From the NCBI GenBank assembly GCA_963745235.1, contig CAVUXE010000009.1, positions 187,402 to 251,401 of the forward strand: DNA of 64,000 bases, written 5' to 3'. Origin of the DNA: an uncultured Spirochaetota bacterium (lineage in GTDB: Bacteria > Spirochaetota > Spirochaetia > SZUA-6 > Fen-1364). How positions within the stretch are numbered: the first letter of the stretch is position 1; each line of letters starts with the position of its first letter. The notes under the pieces were generated by a model. The model worked only from the letters and a program-made list of their open reading frames with translations, had not been told where the DNA came from and made no database searches. Positions 51,165 through 61,117 of this stretch are shown here, one piece after another. The position numbers and the translations under genes are program-made.

Positions 51165-51309
51165 CCACTCAAGATCGGTCCTTGGCGTTTGTGAGTCTTT
51201 TCAAGCGGCGGAGGGGACGGGCGTCAGGCATCCCTGCCTGACTAACCCGCCCCTCCGGCAAGTCTTTGGGCTCTCCACGACTTGGTTGCAAACGCACCGT
51301 CGCATTCGC

Positions 51310-51339
51310 TTGACGAAGGTTAACAAATAAGTGAACCTT
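51310..51339 (+). promoter_or_regulatory. Toxin-antitoxin promoter/operator
   Basis: TTGACG followed by the imperfect palindrome aaggttaac-aaataa-gtgaacctt just before the ATG. Confidence 0.5.
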
Positions 51340-51343
51340 AACC

Positions 51344-51703
51344 ATGGGACGGTCGCTCGTCTTCTACAAGACTGAGAAAGGACAGTGTCCGGTAGTCAAG
51401 TTCCTTGATTCTTTACCCTCAAAGGCCGCCCAGAAAGTGACGTGGGTACTGAAGCTGCTCCAAGAACTGGACGCAGTTCCTGGGCAGTACTTCAAGAAGC
51501 TGACTGCGAGCGACGAGATATGGGAGTGTCGCGTCGTCTTCGGTGGAAACACTTATCGGATCCTGGGCTTCTTTCACGGGAGAGACCGGTTGGTTCTGAC
51601 CCATGGTTTCATGAAGAAGACGCCGAAAACGCCTATTGAAGAAATCAGGCAAGCCGAACGGCTAAAGGCTGATCACATAGGGAGGCACGGACGTGCGGGA
51701 TGA
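51344..51703 (+). CDS. RelE/ParE-family (gp49-like) toxin, cassette 2
   Basis: FY.T.KG.CPV..FL, IWECR, LVLTHGFMKKT.KTP..EI. Confidence 0.9.
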   Translation: MGRSLVFYKTEKGQCPVVKFLDSLPSKAAQKVTWVLKLLQELDAVPGQYFKKLTASDEIWECRVVFGGNTYRILGFFHGRDRLVLTHGFMKKTPKTPIEEIRQAERLKADHIGRHGRAG

Positions 51704-51972
51704 TCTTAGACAAATACATAACCCAGCGGAAGAAAAGCGACAAGCGCTTCGCAAAGGGATTCGATGCTGGCTACCAAGAGTTCAAGATAGGCTACCTTCT
51801 CCGCAGTGCTCGACAGAAGAGCGGCGTCACTCAGGACGAACTTGCACGGCGGCTCCGGACGTCAAAGAGCGCAATTTCTAGAATTGAAAACCATGCTGAG
51901 GACATTCGGGTATCGACCCTCAAGAAGGTAGCGGAGGCACTCGGCAAGGAGCTGCGGATAGCCATCTCATGA
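51700..51972 (+). CDS. Xre HTH antitoxin, cassette 2
   Basis: TQDELARRLRTSKSAISRIEN; overlaps the toxin stop; start possibly frameshifted. Confidence 0.88.
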   Translation: MILDKYITQRKKSDKRFAKGFDAGYQEFKIGYLLRSARQKSGVTQDELARRLRTSKSAISRIENHAEDIRVSTLKKVAEALGKELRIAIS

Positions 51973-52097
51973 GGATCCTGGGTGCGCTTCCTCGCGGCGA
52001 ATGACGGCGGTGAACACGCCCTCGCCTTCCTTGGCTCGGGCGCCTGAATCCTCAGAGTGGCTCGCTGTACTGGTAGGGCCAGTCTGAACGGGAGTAG

Positions 52098-52213
52098 TCA
52101 TAACAAGTCGTTGAAGCCGACCCCTACACGGCCGGCTTGTAGTGGGGCACAGGATTGGGAAAAGCCGTCGCGGCCGGGTTGATGCGGCGGGGCGGCTTAA
52201 CTCTATGTTAGAT
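52098..52213 (+). other. attC2
   Basis: tcataac...gttagat; same family as attC1. Confidence 0.9.
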
Positions 52214-52303
52214 TGTTCTGTGGTTCTTTCGTGTACCGCTTTGCATGAACATGAGGAACCTGATATTTTGTCAAATTCTGTAAGGGACGGGATCCGCCGC
52301 TAG

Positions 52304-52789
52304 ATGCTATCACTGCAAGAGACTGAACCAGACTTTCCCGCAGATGGGGATGATTTGTATGGCAGTCGACGAAGGGGGAACCTTGTGAACTTCTATTTTC
52401 TTCTCGCGGGCATATTTCTGATATTCTTTTCAGCGGTACATGCCGTTTTCGGAGAACTGACAGTCTTCCGTCCTATCTTTCAAACTAACATCGATTCCTT
52501 GCTGAAGATAAGCGTCTATATTCCTTGGCACCAACTAACATTCGTGCTGCTCCTGTCGGGTATTGTACAATTAGCCGCGGCCTTTCGGCCAAGACTGAAG
52601 GCCTTACCGCCGTTCATTCTTGCGATCTTACTCGGCAACATTGTCATCTTTGTTGCTATCGCGGTGTTCCAAAGAAATTGGTATGTCTTGCAGAACTCAA
52701 TCCCTCAGTACGTACTGTTTGCGATCATTCTGGTATTCACTGTGCTGGGCATTCGGAGACATGCAGTTCAACCGAAAGCAGAATCCTAA
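52304..52789 (+). CDS. Hypothetical four-TM membrane protein, cassette 3
   Basis: Hydrophobic ORF between attC2 and attC3; real start may be GTG at 52385. Confidence 0.7.
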   Translation: MLSLQETEPDFPADGDDLYGSRRRGNLVNFYFLLAGIFLIFFSAVHAVFGELTVFRPIFQTNIDSLLKISVYIPWHQLTFVLLLSGIVQLAAAFRPRLKALPPFILAILLGNIVIFVAIAVFQRNWYVLQNSIPQYVLFAIILVFTVLGIRRHAVQPKAES

Positions 52790-52992
52790 GAGACAAAGTG
52801 CGAACCATTGGTCCAAATAAGGTGGAAAAAGGCAATGTGGCAGGTGGGGGTAAAGGCGGCCGAGGAGAAGACTGCACAGTGGTAACTGGGGCGCGCACAA
52901 AAATGGGAAAGGGTGTGCTTGCGGCATATACATTACATAGGTCAGAACGCACTGCACTAACAACATCATGGAGACAATTGACATCGGGAACA

Positions 52993-53108
52993 ATCTAACA
53001 AATCGTTGCAGTTGTCGCCTGGAAGGCTGTCCGGATCGGCGAATGCAGTTCGGAAATCGATCCATGGCCGATGTTGATGCGGCGGCGCAACTGAACTCTA
53101 TGTTAGAG
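52993..53108 (+). other. attC3
   Basis: atctaac...gttgcagttgtcgcc...ggcgcaactgaac...gttagag. Confidence 0.9.
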
Positions 53109-53158
53109 CGCTTTAGAAAAAGGGCTTTGCACGTAGACGTTGTTGCCCGTAATAGTCC

Positions 53159-53187
53159 TTGACAATAGTATCGGTAAGTGTTAGTAT
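53159..53187 (+). promoter_or_regulatory. higBA promoter
   Basis: TTGACA, 17 bp, TAGTAT, ending 5 bp before the ATG (probably a leaderless mRNA). Confidence 0.7.
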
Positions 53188-53192
53188 ATCCT

Positions 53193-53477
53193 ATGATTCG
53201 TTCTTTCGGAACGAAGGACACAGCCAGCATTTGGCTTGGTATCCAAATCAAACGGTATCCGAAGGAACTGCAGGCGCTTGCCAGGCGGAAGTTGCGTATG
53301 CTCAACAACGCAACGGAATTGATAGACCTTATACTACCGCCTGGTAATAGACTGGAAATGCTCAAAGGGGACAGGAAGGGCCAGCACAGCATACGGATCA
53401 ATGACAGAGTCCGGATCTGTTTCGTTTGGAAGGATGGTGATTGCCATGAAGTCGAAATCATCGACTATCACTCATAA
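53193..53477 (+). CDS. higB: HigB toxin, cassette 4
   Basis: MIRSF, PPGNRLEMLKGDRKGQHSIRIND, VEIIDYH. Confidence 0.93.
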   Translation: MIRSFGTKDTASIWLGIQIKRYPKELQALARRKLRMLNNATELIDLILPPGNRLEMLKGDRKGQHSIRINDRVRICFVWKDGDCHEVEIIDYHS

Positions 53478-53796
53478 AAGGATAGCTGTCGGGAGGCTCC
53501 CGAATATCCACCCAGGGGAAGTACTACAAGAAGAATTTCTTAAGCCTATGGGAATTAGTGCCTATAAACTTGCAAAAGAGACAAACCTCTCGCAGACGCG
53601 AATTTCTGAAATTATTCATCGTCGCAGGGGCATCACTGCTGAAACAGCGCTACGATTTTCTAAGTTTTTCGGGAACACCGCAGAATTCTGGCTTGGTCTG
53701 CAAAATGACTACGATCTTGAAGAGAATAGACTTTCTCTAAGGAAGGAACTGGAAGCAATAAGAAGTATGGCCGAACTGAAAGCCGCAAATGGCTGA
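53446..53796 (+). CDS. higA: HigA antitoxin, cassette 4
   Basis: IHPGEVLQEEFLKP, ITAETALR, FWLGLQ; start uncertain. Confidence 0.9.
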   Translation: MKSKSSTITHKRIAVGRLPNIHPGEVLQEEFLKPMGISAYKLAKETNLSQTRISEIIHRRRGITAETALRFSKFFGNTAEFWLGLQNDYDLEENRLSLRKELEAIRSMAELKAANG

Positions 53797-53853
53797 AACA
53801 GAGGCTCTGACAAAGGCGATGTTCACCGAATAATGAAAAACAAAAGGGAAGCG

Positions 53854-53969
53854 CTCTAACAAGTCGTTGCAGTTGTCCCCTAAAAGGCCGCCTGGAACGG
53901 CGAATGCAGTCTGGCAATTCCGCTTAGTGTAGTGTTGATGCGGCGGGGCAACTGAACTCTATGTTACAT
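53854..53969 (+). other. attC4
   Basis: ctctaac...gttacat. Confidence 0.9.
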
Positions 53970-54544
53970 CTCCCGAGGTCTCATCGGGGACAAAAGCGTT
54001 CGTCCCTTTCTGAAGATTGCTCTGGGAAGTGTTGGCGTCCTGAAAGCGAATGGCGCGGGTTTTCTCTTTGGGGGCTACTATGGTTTGGCTGGCGCTTCAG
54101 TGGTACATGCCGAAAAGGGTGGCTGCGGAAGGGGCGGTTTGTAGATTCCATTCGCTGAGAACCCGCACCTGGTAGGAGAAAGTGCTGCAAGGAGAGAGAT
54201 CGTTGGGATGGGCGGGAAGAGGGCTGGCGTGATGATAATGGCGGGGCAAGGGTTGGGTAAGGAAGAGTTGCCAAAGGCACAAACAACAGCCATCGGCGGG
54301 AGTCGACGAGCAGGTGCAGTGCAGAAGTGACCCGGGGATATTCTAGAGGCTACGCCGACAGAGGAGATGAAGGGACGGTTGATGCGGTGAAAGAAGCAGT
54401 GAGGAATCGGCCCCGCCGCCGTGTCGGGGGAGATGTAACAAGTCGTTGAAGCCGACCCCTTAGCTTACGCGCGGAAAGTGGAACTCACGTTCCGTAGGAA
54501 GGGTCGCCGCTGGGCGCAGGTCGGCGGGGCGGCTTAACTCTGTG
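53964..54544 (+). other. Cassette 5: gene-less, purine-rich cassette
   Basis: Bounded by attC4 and attC5; no convincing ORF. Confidence 0.7.
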
Positions 54545-54550
54545 TTATAT
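54433..54550 (+). other. attC5
   Basis: atgtaac...gttatat. Confidence 0.88.
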
Positions 54551-54580
54551 GGCGGTAAATTGGTTAAGGAGGCGTGGTAG

Positions 54581-55219
54581 GTGGAAGCGCGAAAAGCAAT
54601 GCACGCAAAAAGGCTCCAAGATGCTCTCTCGCAGATTCCTTCGCTGCTATCTGACGACGTCAACGTCTTTTCCAGTGAGTTTGAAACCTGGCAAGAACGC
54701 ACATTGCAGAGCCTGTCAGAGTTGTTCCAAAAGGACGGTGGATACACTCGTCGCTTCACTGTCCTAAGATTCTGGCACGCGAGAGTTTCGATTGGCCGTG
54801 GTCATACGTGGACCGGTGACGATCAAGAATTGTATGAATCCGACATGAAGTTGGCAAAGCAGATACTGATTGATGCTCTTGAGGAGCTACAACTCGTTCC
54901 CGAACCAAGCGCTCCCTACAAGGCGCCCCCGGCAACCGTGCCGCAGGTGGTCCTCAATGTGACGAATGTGCTATCCCAAATGACTGATATCAAGATCGAA
55001 AATGTCATCAACAGGATAGATTCTTTGCCCATGACGCCGGTCGAAAAGGAACAGGTCAAAAAGGCCGCAATCGACCTCAATGAAGAAGCGAACGGCCCGC
55101 AGCGCTGGCCTGTCCTGGCCAAACTTGTGGATGCTGTAAGAAGCATTGGGGCCGTTGCCTACAAAGAGGTTGCTATTCCTCTACTGCTGGAAATGCTAAA
55201 GAAGCAGGCAGGCCTATAG
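54581..55219 (+). CDS. Hypothetical protein, cassette 6
   Basis: RBS aaggagg; ORF fills the cassette. Confidence 0.75.
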   Translation: MEARKAMHAKRLQDALSQIPSLLSDDVNVFSSEFETWQERTLQSLSELFQKDGGYTRRFTVLRFWHARVSIGRGHTWTGDDQELYESDMKLAKQILIDALEELQLVPEPSAPYKAPPATVPQVVLNVTNVLSQMTDIKIENVINRIDSLPMTPVEKEQVKKAAIDLNEEANGPQRWPVLAKLVDAVRSIGAVAYKEVAIPLLLEMLKKQAGL

Positions 55220-55278
55220 CAGGCAATTGACGCCTGGGGAAACGCTGGTAAGTTCCAACGGTATTCTGAAAGGCCGCC

Positions 55279-55396
55279 ATATAACAAATCGTTGCAGTCA
55301 TGACCGCCGAGATTCAGCCTGTTTAGAAGGAACGCCGTCTGACGAACCGCTACCTGATCGTCTGATTCGGGGCGGCAACTGAACTCTATGTTAGAA
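55279..55396 (+). other. attC6
   Basis: atataac...gttagaa. Confidence 0.88.
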
Positions 55397-55450
55397 CGCC
55401 ATATTCTTGCTGAATAGGGCCTCCAGTATGTTTCGGAAGGAAGTTGCGTC

Positions 55451-56316
55451 TTGGACATAAAATGGCCCCAGTCCACAAACAAGGGCACCGCTCTTCTCAA
55501 GCTGGTGCATCAGTTTGACCCAAGACGCATTCTCATTGACGAGTATGTGGGCTGGTTTTTCGACCACCATACAATCGAAACCGCCGCGAAAATGTTACCT
55601 GACAAGGTCTCCGTCAGCAAGGAAGAAGATAAGGAGTTTTCGCGAATTGCTTACTACTATTCCATTCTCCGAGAGATATATATCGATGAATGGATCAGTT
55701 CCTCTATCAGATCTGGGTGTCGACAGCTTCTCCTCCTTGGTGCAGGCTACGATACTGAGGTTTCTACGACTGCCGGTGATTGCTGACCGTTTCGTTGATA
55801 CCTACGAAGTCGATCTTCCTAAAGCCATTGCGGATAAAATCGCAACTCTAGGAAGCTCATCTCGATCTTCTACCGAACGGACTTCATTTTGTTCCCCTTG
55901 ATTTCAATCGAGATAGCTTGGCCGTGATCACAGAGCATGGATTCAATCCCTTTGTCCCGACCTCGTACGTCTGGCAAGGGGTTAGCTACTATCTACCCCG
56001 GAAGTCGGTCATGGAAGTACTGGATTTCATTCAACGACATATGTCGCAAGGGTCAACCCTTGTGTTTGACTGTTGTTCTGTATTCATGACGTATGTAAAT
56101 AGCAAAGTACCTGGCATAAGGGTTCAGATTGAAAGGCTTAAGAAGATCAACGAACCGTACCTATTTGGAATAGAATCTACCGAGCTTAAACAACTGCTCG
56201 CTGAGAAAGGGTTCAAAGACATACGCATTCAAACGCAAGCGGAATTGGAACACTTGATAATGAAAATCAGAACTCTCCCAGAGAATATGTGGTACGTTGT
56301 CACGGCGACGGCATGA
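55451..56316 (+). CDS. Leucine-carboxyl-methyltransferase-like SAM-dependent methyltransferase, cassette 7, frameshifted
   Basis: QLLLLGAGYDT, YEVDLP, WQGVSYYL and EPYLFG spread over three frames. Confidence 0.8.
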
Positions 56317-56327
56317 ACGATATGGCG

Positions 56328-56443
56328 TTCTAACAAGTCGTTGAAGCCGACCCCTTAACGTCCGGCTTGTAGTGGGGCACAGGATTGGAAAAAGCCGTCG
56401 CGGCCGGGTTGATGCGGCGGGGCGGCTTAACTCTATGTTATGC
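56328..56443 (+). other. attC7
   Basis: ttctaac...gttatgc. Confidence 0.9.
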
Positions 56444-56539
56444 CTCTCCAACCTTGGCGGCCCACAGGTTTGAAAGCGTCGTCAGTTCAGAGCGGTGCGC
56501 GCAGACAACCAGTGGGTGATACATATGTCAGACGCCCGC

Positions 56540-56579
56540 TTGACAGATGCCAACGGTCGTATTACACTCCGTAATACGA
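56540..56579 (+). promoter_or_regulatory. vapBC promoter with palindromic operator
   Basis: TTGACA, 17 bp, TACACT; tcgtattac-actcc-gtaatacga overlaps the -10 box. Confidence 0.75.
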
Positions 56580-56583
56580 GGAG

Positions 56584-56838
56584 ATGCTTATGCTGTCTGT
56601 ACGACTGCCAGGAGAACTTGAAAAGAAGGTGAAGCAAATCGCCACCACGGAAGGACGCACCAAGACCGAGATTATCCGCACTGCTTTGGAAGCGTACGTC
56701 AAATCAAAGGACCAAACAGAGTCCGCCTATAACCTTGGCAAAAATCTGTTTGGAAGGCATGGATCAGGCCATGGTGACCTATCGACCGGCTATAAGATCA
56801 AAGTGAAAGAGCGTATCCGTGCAAAGCGCACTCATTGA
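56584..56838 (+). CDS. CopG/RHH antitoxin, cassette 8
   Basis: SVRLPGELE...TKTEIIRTAL; G.HGSG.GDLS. Confidence 0.85.
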   Translation: MLMLSVRLPGELEKKVKQIATTEGRTKTEIIRTALEAYVKSKDQTESAYNLGKNLFGRHGSGHGDLSTGYKIKVKERIRAKRTH

Positions 56839-57232
56839 CGCAGGCCCGCTGATTGCTCTGTTCGATAGGGATGATAAGTACCATCATAGGGTGCGGGAGT
56901 TCTTAGCACATAATAGAAAGACACTCATCACTACCTGGACTGTGCTTACCGAAACGTGTCACATGCTAGATTTCAGTGTTGATGCTCAATTGGATTTCTT
57001 GGAATGGGCATATCGCGGCGGCCTCCGAATCCATGAATTAGGTAACATTGATCTGGAAAGAGTAGTCGCTCTAACAAAAAAGTACCGAGATCGCCCTATG
57101 GATCTTTCGGATGCTAGCCTGATTGTGACATCGGAGCTTTTGGGCATAGGTCAGATCATCACGATTGACAGAGACTTTGAGATCTACCGGAAAGCAGACA
57201 AGAAGCGACTAGAAAACATCTTGTTCAGATAG
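56819..57232 (+). CDS. vapC: PIN-domain VapC toxin, cassette 8
   Basis: LIDAGPLIALF, VLTE, MDLSDASL, ITIDRDF. Confidence 0.92.
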   Translation: MQSALIDAGPLIALFDRDDKYHHRVREFLAHNRKTLITTWTVLTETCHMLDFSVDAQLDFLEWAYRGGLRIHELGNIDLERVVALTKKYRDRPMDLSDASLIVTSELLGIGQIITIDRDFEIYRKADKKRLENILFR

Positions 57233-57245
57233 AAAACTTGGAGAG

Positions 57246-57361
57246 GCATAACAAGTCGTTGAAGCCGACCCCTTAACGTCCGGCTTGTAGTGGGGCACAG
57301 GATTGGAAAAAGCCGTCGCGGCCGGGTTGATGCGGCGGGGCGGCTTAACTCTATGTTACAC
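57246..57361 (+). other. attC8
   Basis: gcataac...gttacac; interior identical to attC7. Confidence 0.9.
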
Positions 57362-58026
57362 GCACGCAAATTGTTCTGAGAAAGCCCCGTGGTTGGAGTA
57401 TTGTTTGCTGGCTTGAGATTTTGAAAGTTGGGCGGAGAACGGGCCGGCAGGGATTTCCTATCAAAGAAGGCTGGTGGTGATTGCTTCAAGGCAGTTCGCC
57501 GCCGAAGGCTTGGCTGATCGAAGTGGTACTTGATGACGCAGACAAGCAGGGGCGATAGCTGAGTTACACTACGCACCTGCCCCTCGGACCAGCACAGGTT
57601 CGCTGGAAGCAGGTGGCGATTGCTTCAAGGCAACTGGCTTGCGAAGGTTTGATTGATCGTAACGGTATCTGAAGAGGCAACAGAGTGTGGAGATAGATGG
57701 GTTCCATACGGTCTGGTCCAAAGGGCCGGGAGGGATCGATTGCAACAAGGGAGTCCGCCGCGGAGGGTTGGCTGATTGTAGAGGTGCTTGAAGGCGCAGA
57801 CAAGCAGAGGAGATAGCTGGGCTCCACCACGAACCGGCCCGTGAGGAGAAGATTCGTAGTGCTGGCGACCTTTCCACACCATGCTGCAGGAAGAAGGCAC
57901 CCAGCACTAGGCGTCCGTGTAACAAATCGTTGAAGCCGACCCCTTAACGGCTGCCTTATACTGAGGCACAGGTTTGGTAAGAGCCGCCGCCGCTGGGTTG
58001 ATGCGGCGGGGCGGCTTAACTCTATG
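57356..58026 (+). repeat. Cassette 9: second copy of gene-less cassette 1
   Basis: Direct alignment to 50487-51158 with about 7 differences. Confidence 0.93.
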
Positions 58027-58032
58027 TTAGAT
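57917..58032 (+). other. attC9
   Basis: gtgtaac...gttagat; copy of attC1. Confidence 0.9.
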
Positions 58033-58153
58033 CTCTTCAGGAAGCCTCAACCGTGAAATCGTCTCTTGATTCGGTGAGCAGGTATGCTCCCTACTATCTC
58101 TATGTCGTATGCATGAAATCATTGCCTTTTCTTAAGCCCGAGGCGGCTTTCCC

Positions 58154-58744
58154 ATGTCAAGAAAAGCGAAGATTGTGCCGCGACTAGACGCCAAAGGGAT
58201 ACGCGAACTGCCGCACGGTCAACTGATCGCTATCCTGCGTGCTGCTGATGCACTTATCATGATGGGTGGCAGGACACTACTTTCGCGGATACTGAAGGGT
58301 TCGCGCGAAAGGAAGGTTCTGGACCTCAAATTGGATTTATGTCCAAGCTATGGGTACTATCGTGAACTACCGTACCCCGATATCATGAAACGAATTGATT
58401 GGACAATTACGAAAGGGTATCTATCCATCGACTATTTGGGTCGACTCCCGGTATTAACTTTCACTGCCGCCGGATGGAAAATAGAGCGAAACACCTACTC
58501 AGACGAACTATTAATGAAACTAACGCAAATAGCGACTGGATCTGTTCAAACAGCAGACATACAATTTCTAAAGGACAAGGACCGCTCTCTCATCTTGATG
58601 CTTCTAGAGAAGATAGAAGCTGGCAAGGATGAAAGGCTTCTTTCTGTTTTGGAAGAATGGCGCAAAATAGACTACAAGAAAGTTCAAACCCGCATATCCG
58701 AAGTTATTCAGTCGCTCGAATCACAAAAGGAAAATGCTGAGTGA
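58154..58744 (+). CDS. RQC (winged-helix) domain protein, cassette 10
   Basis: AILRAAD.LI..GGRTLLSRILKGS, CPSYG, IDWTI.KGYL. Confidence 0.78.
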   Translation: MSRKAKIVPRLDAKGIRELPHGQLIAILRAADALIMMGGRTLLSRILKGSRERKVLDLKLDLCPSYGYYRELPYPDIMKRIDWTITKGYLSIDYLGRLPVLTFTAAGWKIERNTYSDELLMKLTQIATGSVQTADIQFLKDKDRSLILMLLEKIEAGKDERLLSVLEEWRKIDYKKVQTRISEVIQSLESQKENAE

Positions 58745-58822
58745 ACGGACCGCGATGGGCAAGAGCTGATGCAGCCGGAGGTAGCAATTGTACGGGACAG
58801 ATCTCGGTTTACACGGGAAGAG

Positions 58823-58938
58823 ATCTAACAAATCGTTGCAGTTGTCCCCTGGGAAGCCGCATGGAACGGCGGATGCAGCCTGGTAATTCCATGTAGTGCT
58901 GGGTTGATGCGGCGGGGCAACTGAACTCTATGTTATGC
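58823..58938 (+). other. attC10
   Basis: atctaac...gttatgc. Confidence 0.9.
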
Positions 58939-58981
58939 GTTCTCAAGGAGGCCGAGTACGCGGGCAAAAAGTGTTGGAAAG

Positions 58982-59791
58982 GTGCTGCTCCAGACTCTGG
59001 TTCCAGCGGCTCTGGTCCTGGCATTGCTGGTCGCCCTCTTCCAGACGGCGCCATTTCACCTCAATCCCTTCAAGGTCGGGCTCAATCGGTTTGATTTCGA
59101 AAGGTGCGTGGTTTACTCTAGCGGCTCAGCTGGCAAGTTCGACTACAAGACCATTCCAATGATCATGTCGCGCAACGAGGTCTTGCATGGACTGCGTTAC
59201 AATTCCGAAGTCCAGATAATCCTCTGCGAACGGCAATCTGATCTAAACAAGTACTTGCCGCTTCTCGATGCACCCGACAGGAGAAATGCGGTTGCCTTTG
59301 CAGCATGGCCAAATACGATCTACGTCACACGGAAATTGGAACAAGAATACGGCACAAGCCAGAAACCGCTAGCTCATGAATTGTCGCACATCCTTTTGAT
59401 CCAAAACTACGGAATCGTAAAGACGACACTTCTTTGGAAACGACAGGAGTGGATTCCTGAAGGATTTGCAACCTATCTTTCTGGCTTTCCCGACTACTTC
59501 CCTGAAGAACAACTACTGCAAAGAGCAAAGGCGGATGGAATAGATATGGCCAACGGTCGCCTATTTGGGACGAGACAAGCGGCGGACTTACAACTACCAA
59601 TTCGCTTTATGATATATCGTGGTTTCGTCGCATACCTGTTTCAGGGCAATCCTTCCACAGTTGTCATAATGTTCCTCAAAAAAGCGTGTGACGACCCGTT
59701 GCACGTTGAAGCCGTCTTTCAGAAGGTCTTCCATAAATCACTGGAAGATTCCGTGAAAGCATTCTGGCATAGAGTGCAGGAAAACGCATAA
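58982..59791 (+). CDS. Membrane-anchored HExxH zinc-metallopeptidase-like protein, cassette 11
   Basis: N-terminal hydrophobic helix; LAHELSH and WIPEGFATY (gluzincin pattern). Confidence 0.72.
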   Translation: MLLQTLVPAALVLALLVALFQTAPFHLNPFKVGLNRFDFERCVVYSSGSAGKFDYKTIPMIMSRNEVLHGLRYNSEVQIILCERQSDLNKYLPLLDAPDRRNAVAFAAWPNTIYVTRKLEQEYGTSQKPLAHELSHILLIQNYGIVKTTLLWKRQEWIPEGFATYLSGFPDYFPEEQLLQRAKADGIDMANGRLFGTRQAADLQLPIRFMIYRGFVAYLFQGNPSTVVIMFLKKACDDPLHVEAVFQKVFHKSLEDSVKAFWHRVQENA

Positions 59792-59815
59792 CAAATCGTT
59801 GGAGTTGTCGCCTTA

Positions 59816-60925
59816 TTGAGGCTCGCCAAATTTCCGGACAAGGAATTTCTTTTGTGGCATAATATTCTCTATGGAGAGGGGAAAAAAGAGGCTCGAGAAG
59901 TTGCGGAAACGCCGCCAGAAAGCGGTCGTCCTTTTCGAGCAGGGTGAGCGGCAGTGCAGCGTCGCTCAGCATTTGCGGGTCAGTCGCCAAAGCGTGAGCG
60001 AGTGGTGGCTGGCATGGCACAACGGGGATACAAAGGCGTTGAACGGCGCAACGCGGGCTGGCAGAAAGCCCCGATTGGACGAGGAACAATTGGCGCTGGT
60101 GGAGAAGGAACTTCTTCGTGGGGCTACCGCCCATGGATGGGAAACAGAGTTGTGGTCGCTGCCCCGCGTAGCGAAGCTCATCAATAGCGTCACCGGGGTG
60201 AGCTATCACCCTGGTCATGTGTGGAAAATCTTGCGTCAGATGAATTGGAGTCTGCAACGACCGACGCTGAGGGCCAAGGAACGAGATGAGGAAAAGATCC
60301 GTCAGTGGAAGATTCGGACCTGGGAAGAGCAAAAAAAAACTCCAAAATCTTCCGTGCATGGGTAGTTTTCCTCGATGAAAGTGGCCTTTCTCAGAAACCT
60401 CCCGTGAGACGGACTTGGGCGCCGCGAGGCAAGACACCCGTGCTTCGGCATTGCTTCAATTGGAAGAAGCTGTCCATCTGCTCGGCGATCGGCTACCGAT
60501 GGGACGGGAAGCAGTGTCGGTTATTCTTTCGCATTGTTCCCGACAGCTATGACTCCGAAAAGCTCATAGATTTTGTTTCCCAGCTTCGCAGAGAGTTCCA
60601 TGGCAGGAAAGTCATCCTTATCTGGGACGGCCTGCCGGCCCACCGCAGCCGCCTGATGACTGAGTATCTGACGCAGCAGAGCAAATGGTTGACAGTGGTA
60701 CGCCTACCTCCCTATGCCCCTGAGCTGAACCCCGTCGAGGGAGTCTGGGGGAACATAGAGGGGCAGGAACTCGCAAACCGATGCTCGGATGATCTGGGAG
60801 GAATGGTAAAGGGAGTGCGTGATGGCTTTACCCGCGTCCGTTCCCAAAGCTGGCTCCCGCTTTCCTTTCTAAAACACGCGGGACTTTCCTTTGGCTAAAC
60901 CGTCATCATTTTATGCGAGGCTCAA
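59816..60925 (+). mobile_element. IS630-family insertion sequence
   Basis: TA duplication (59814-15, 60926-27); IRs ttgaggctcgc and gcgaggctcaa. Confidence 0.92.
59871..60898 (+). CDS. IS630 transposase in two ORFs joined by a probable -1 frameshift at A9 (60331-39)
   Basis: HTH ORF followed by DDE ORF: FLDESG, IWDGLPAH, LPPYAPELNPVE. Confidence 0.9.
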
Positions 60926-61117
60926 TAAGTGGTCTCCTGGTTCGATGGAGTGTCGTCGTTGTGATTCGCTTCGCGCTGGTGATTCGGCGGCGCAACTCAA
61001 CTCTATGTTATGTGGTTCTATGGGCCGATCCGCAGGGTAATCCCTCGCGTTTCCCGGCGCCTTGGCGCATAGCCCTTCCCAGATGTGCACTCGTCGTGTA
61101 CAAGAAGGCGTCAGACG

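Larger units (their letters stand above)
59786..61013 (+). other. attC11, interrupted by IS630
   Basis: Halves 59786-59815 and 60926-61013 rejoin into a near-copy of attC13. Confidence 0.88.
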
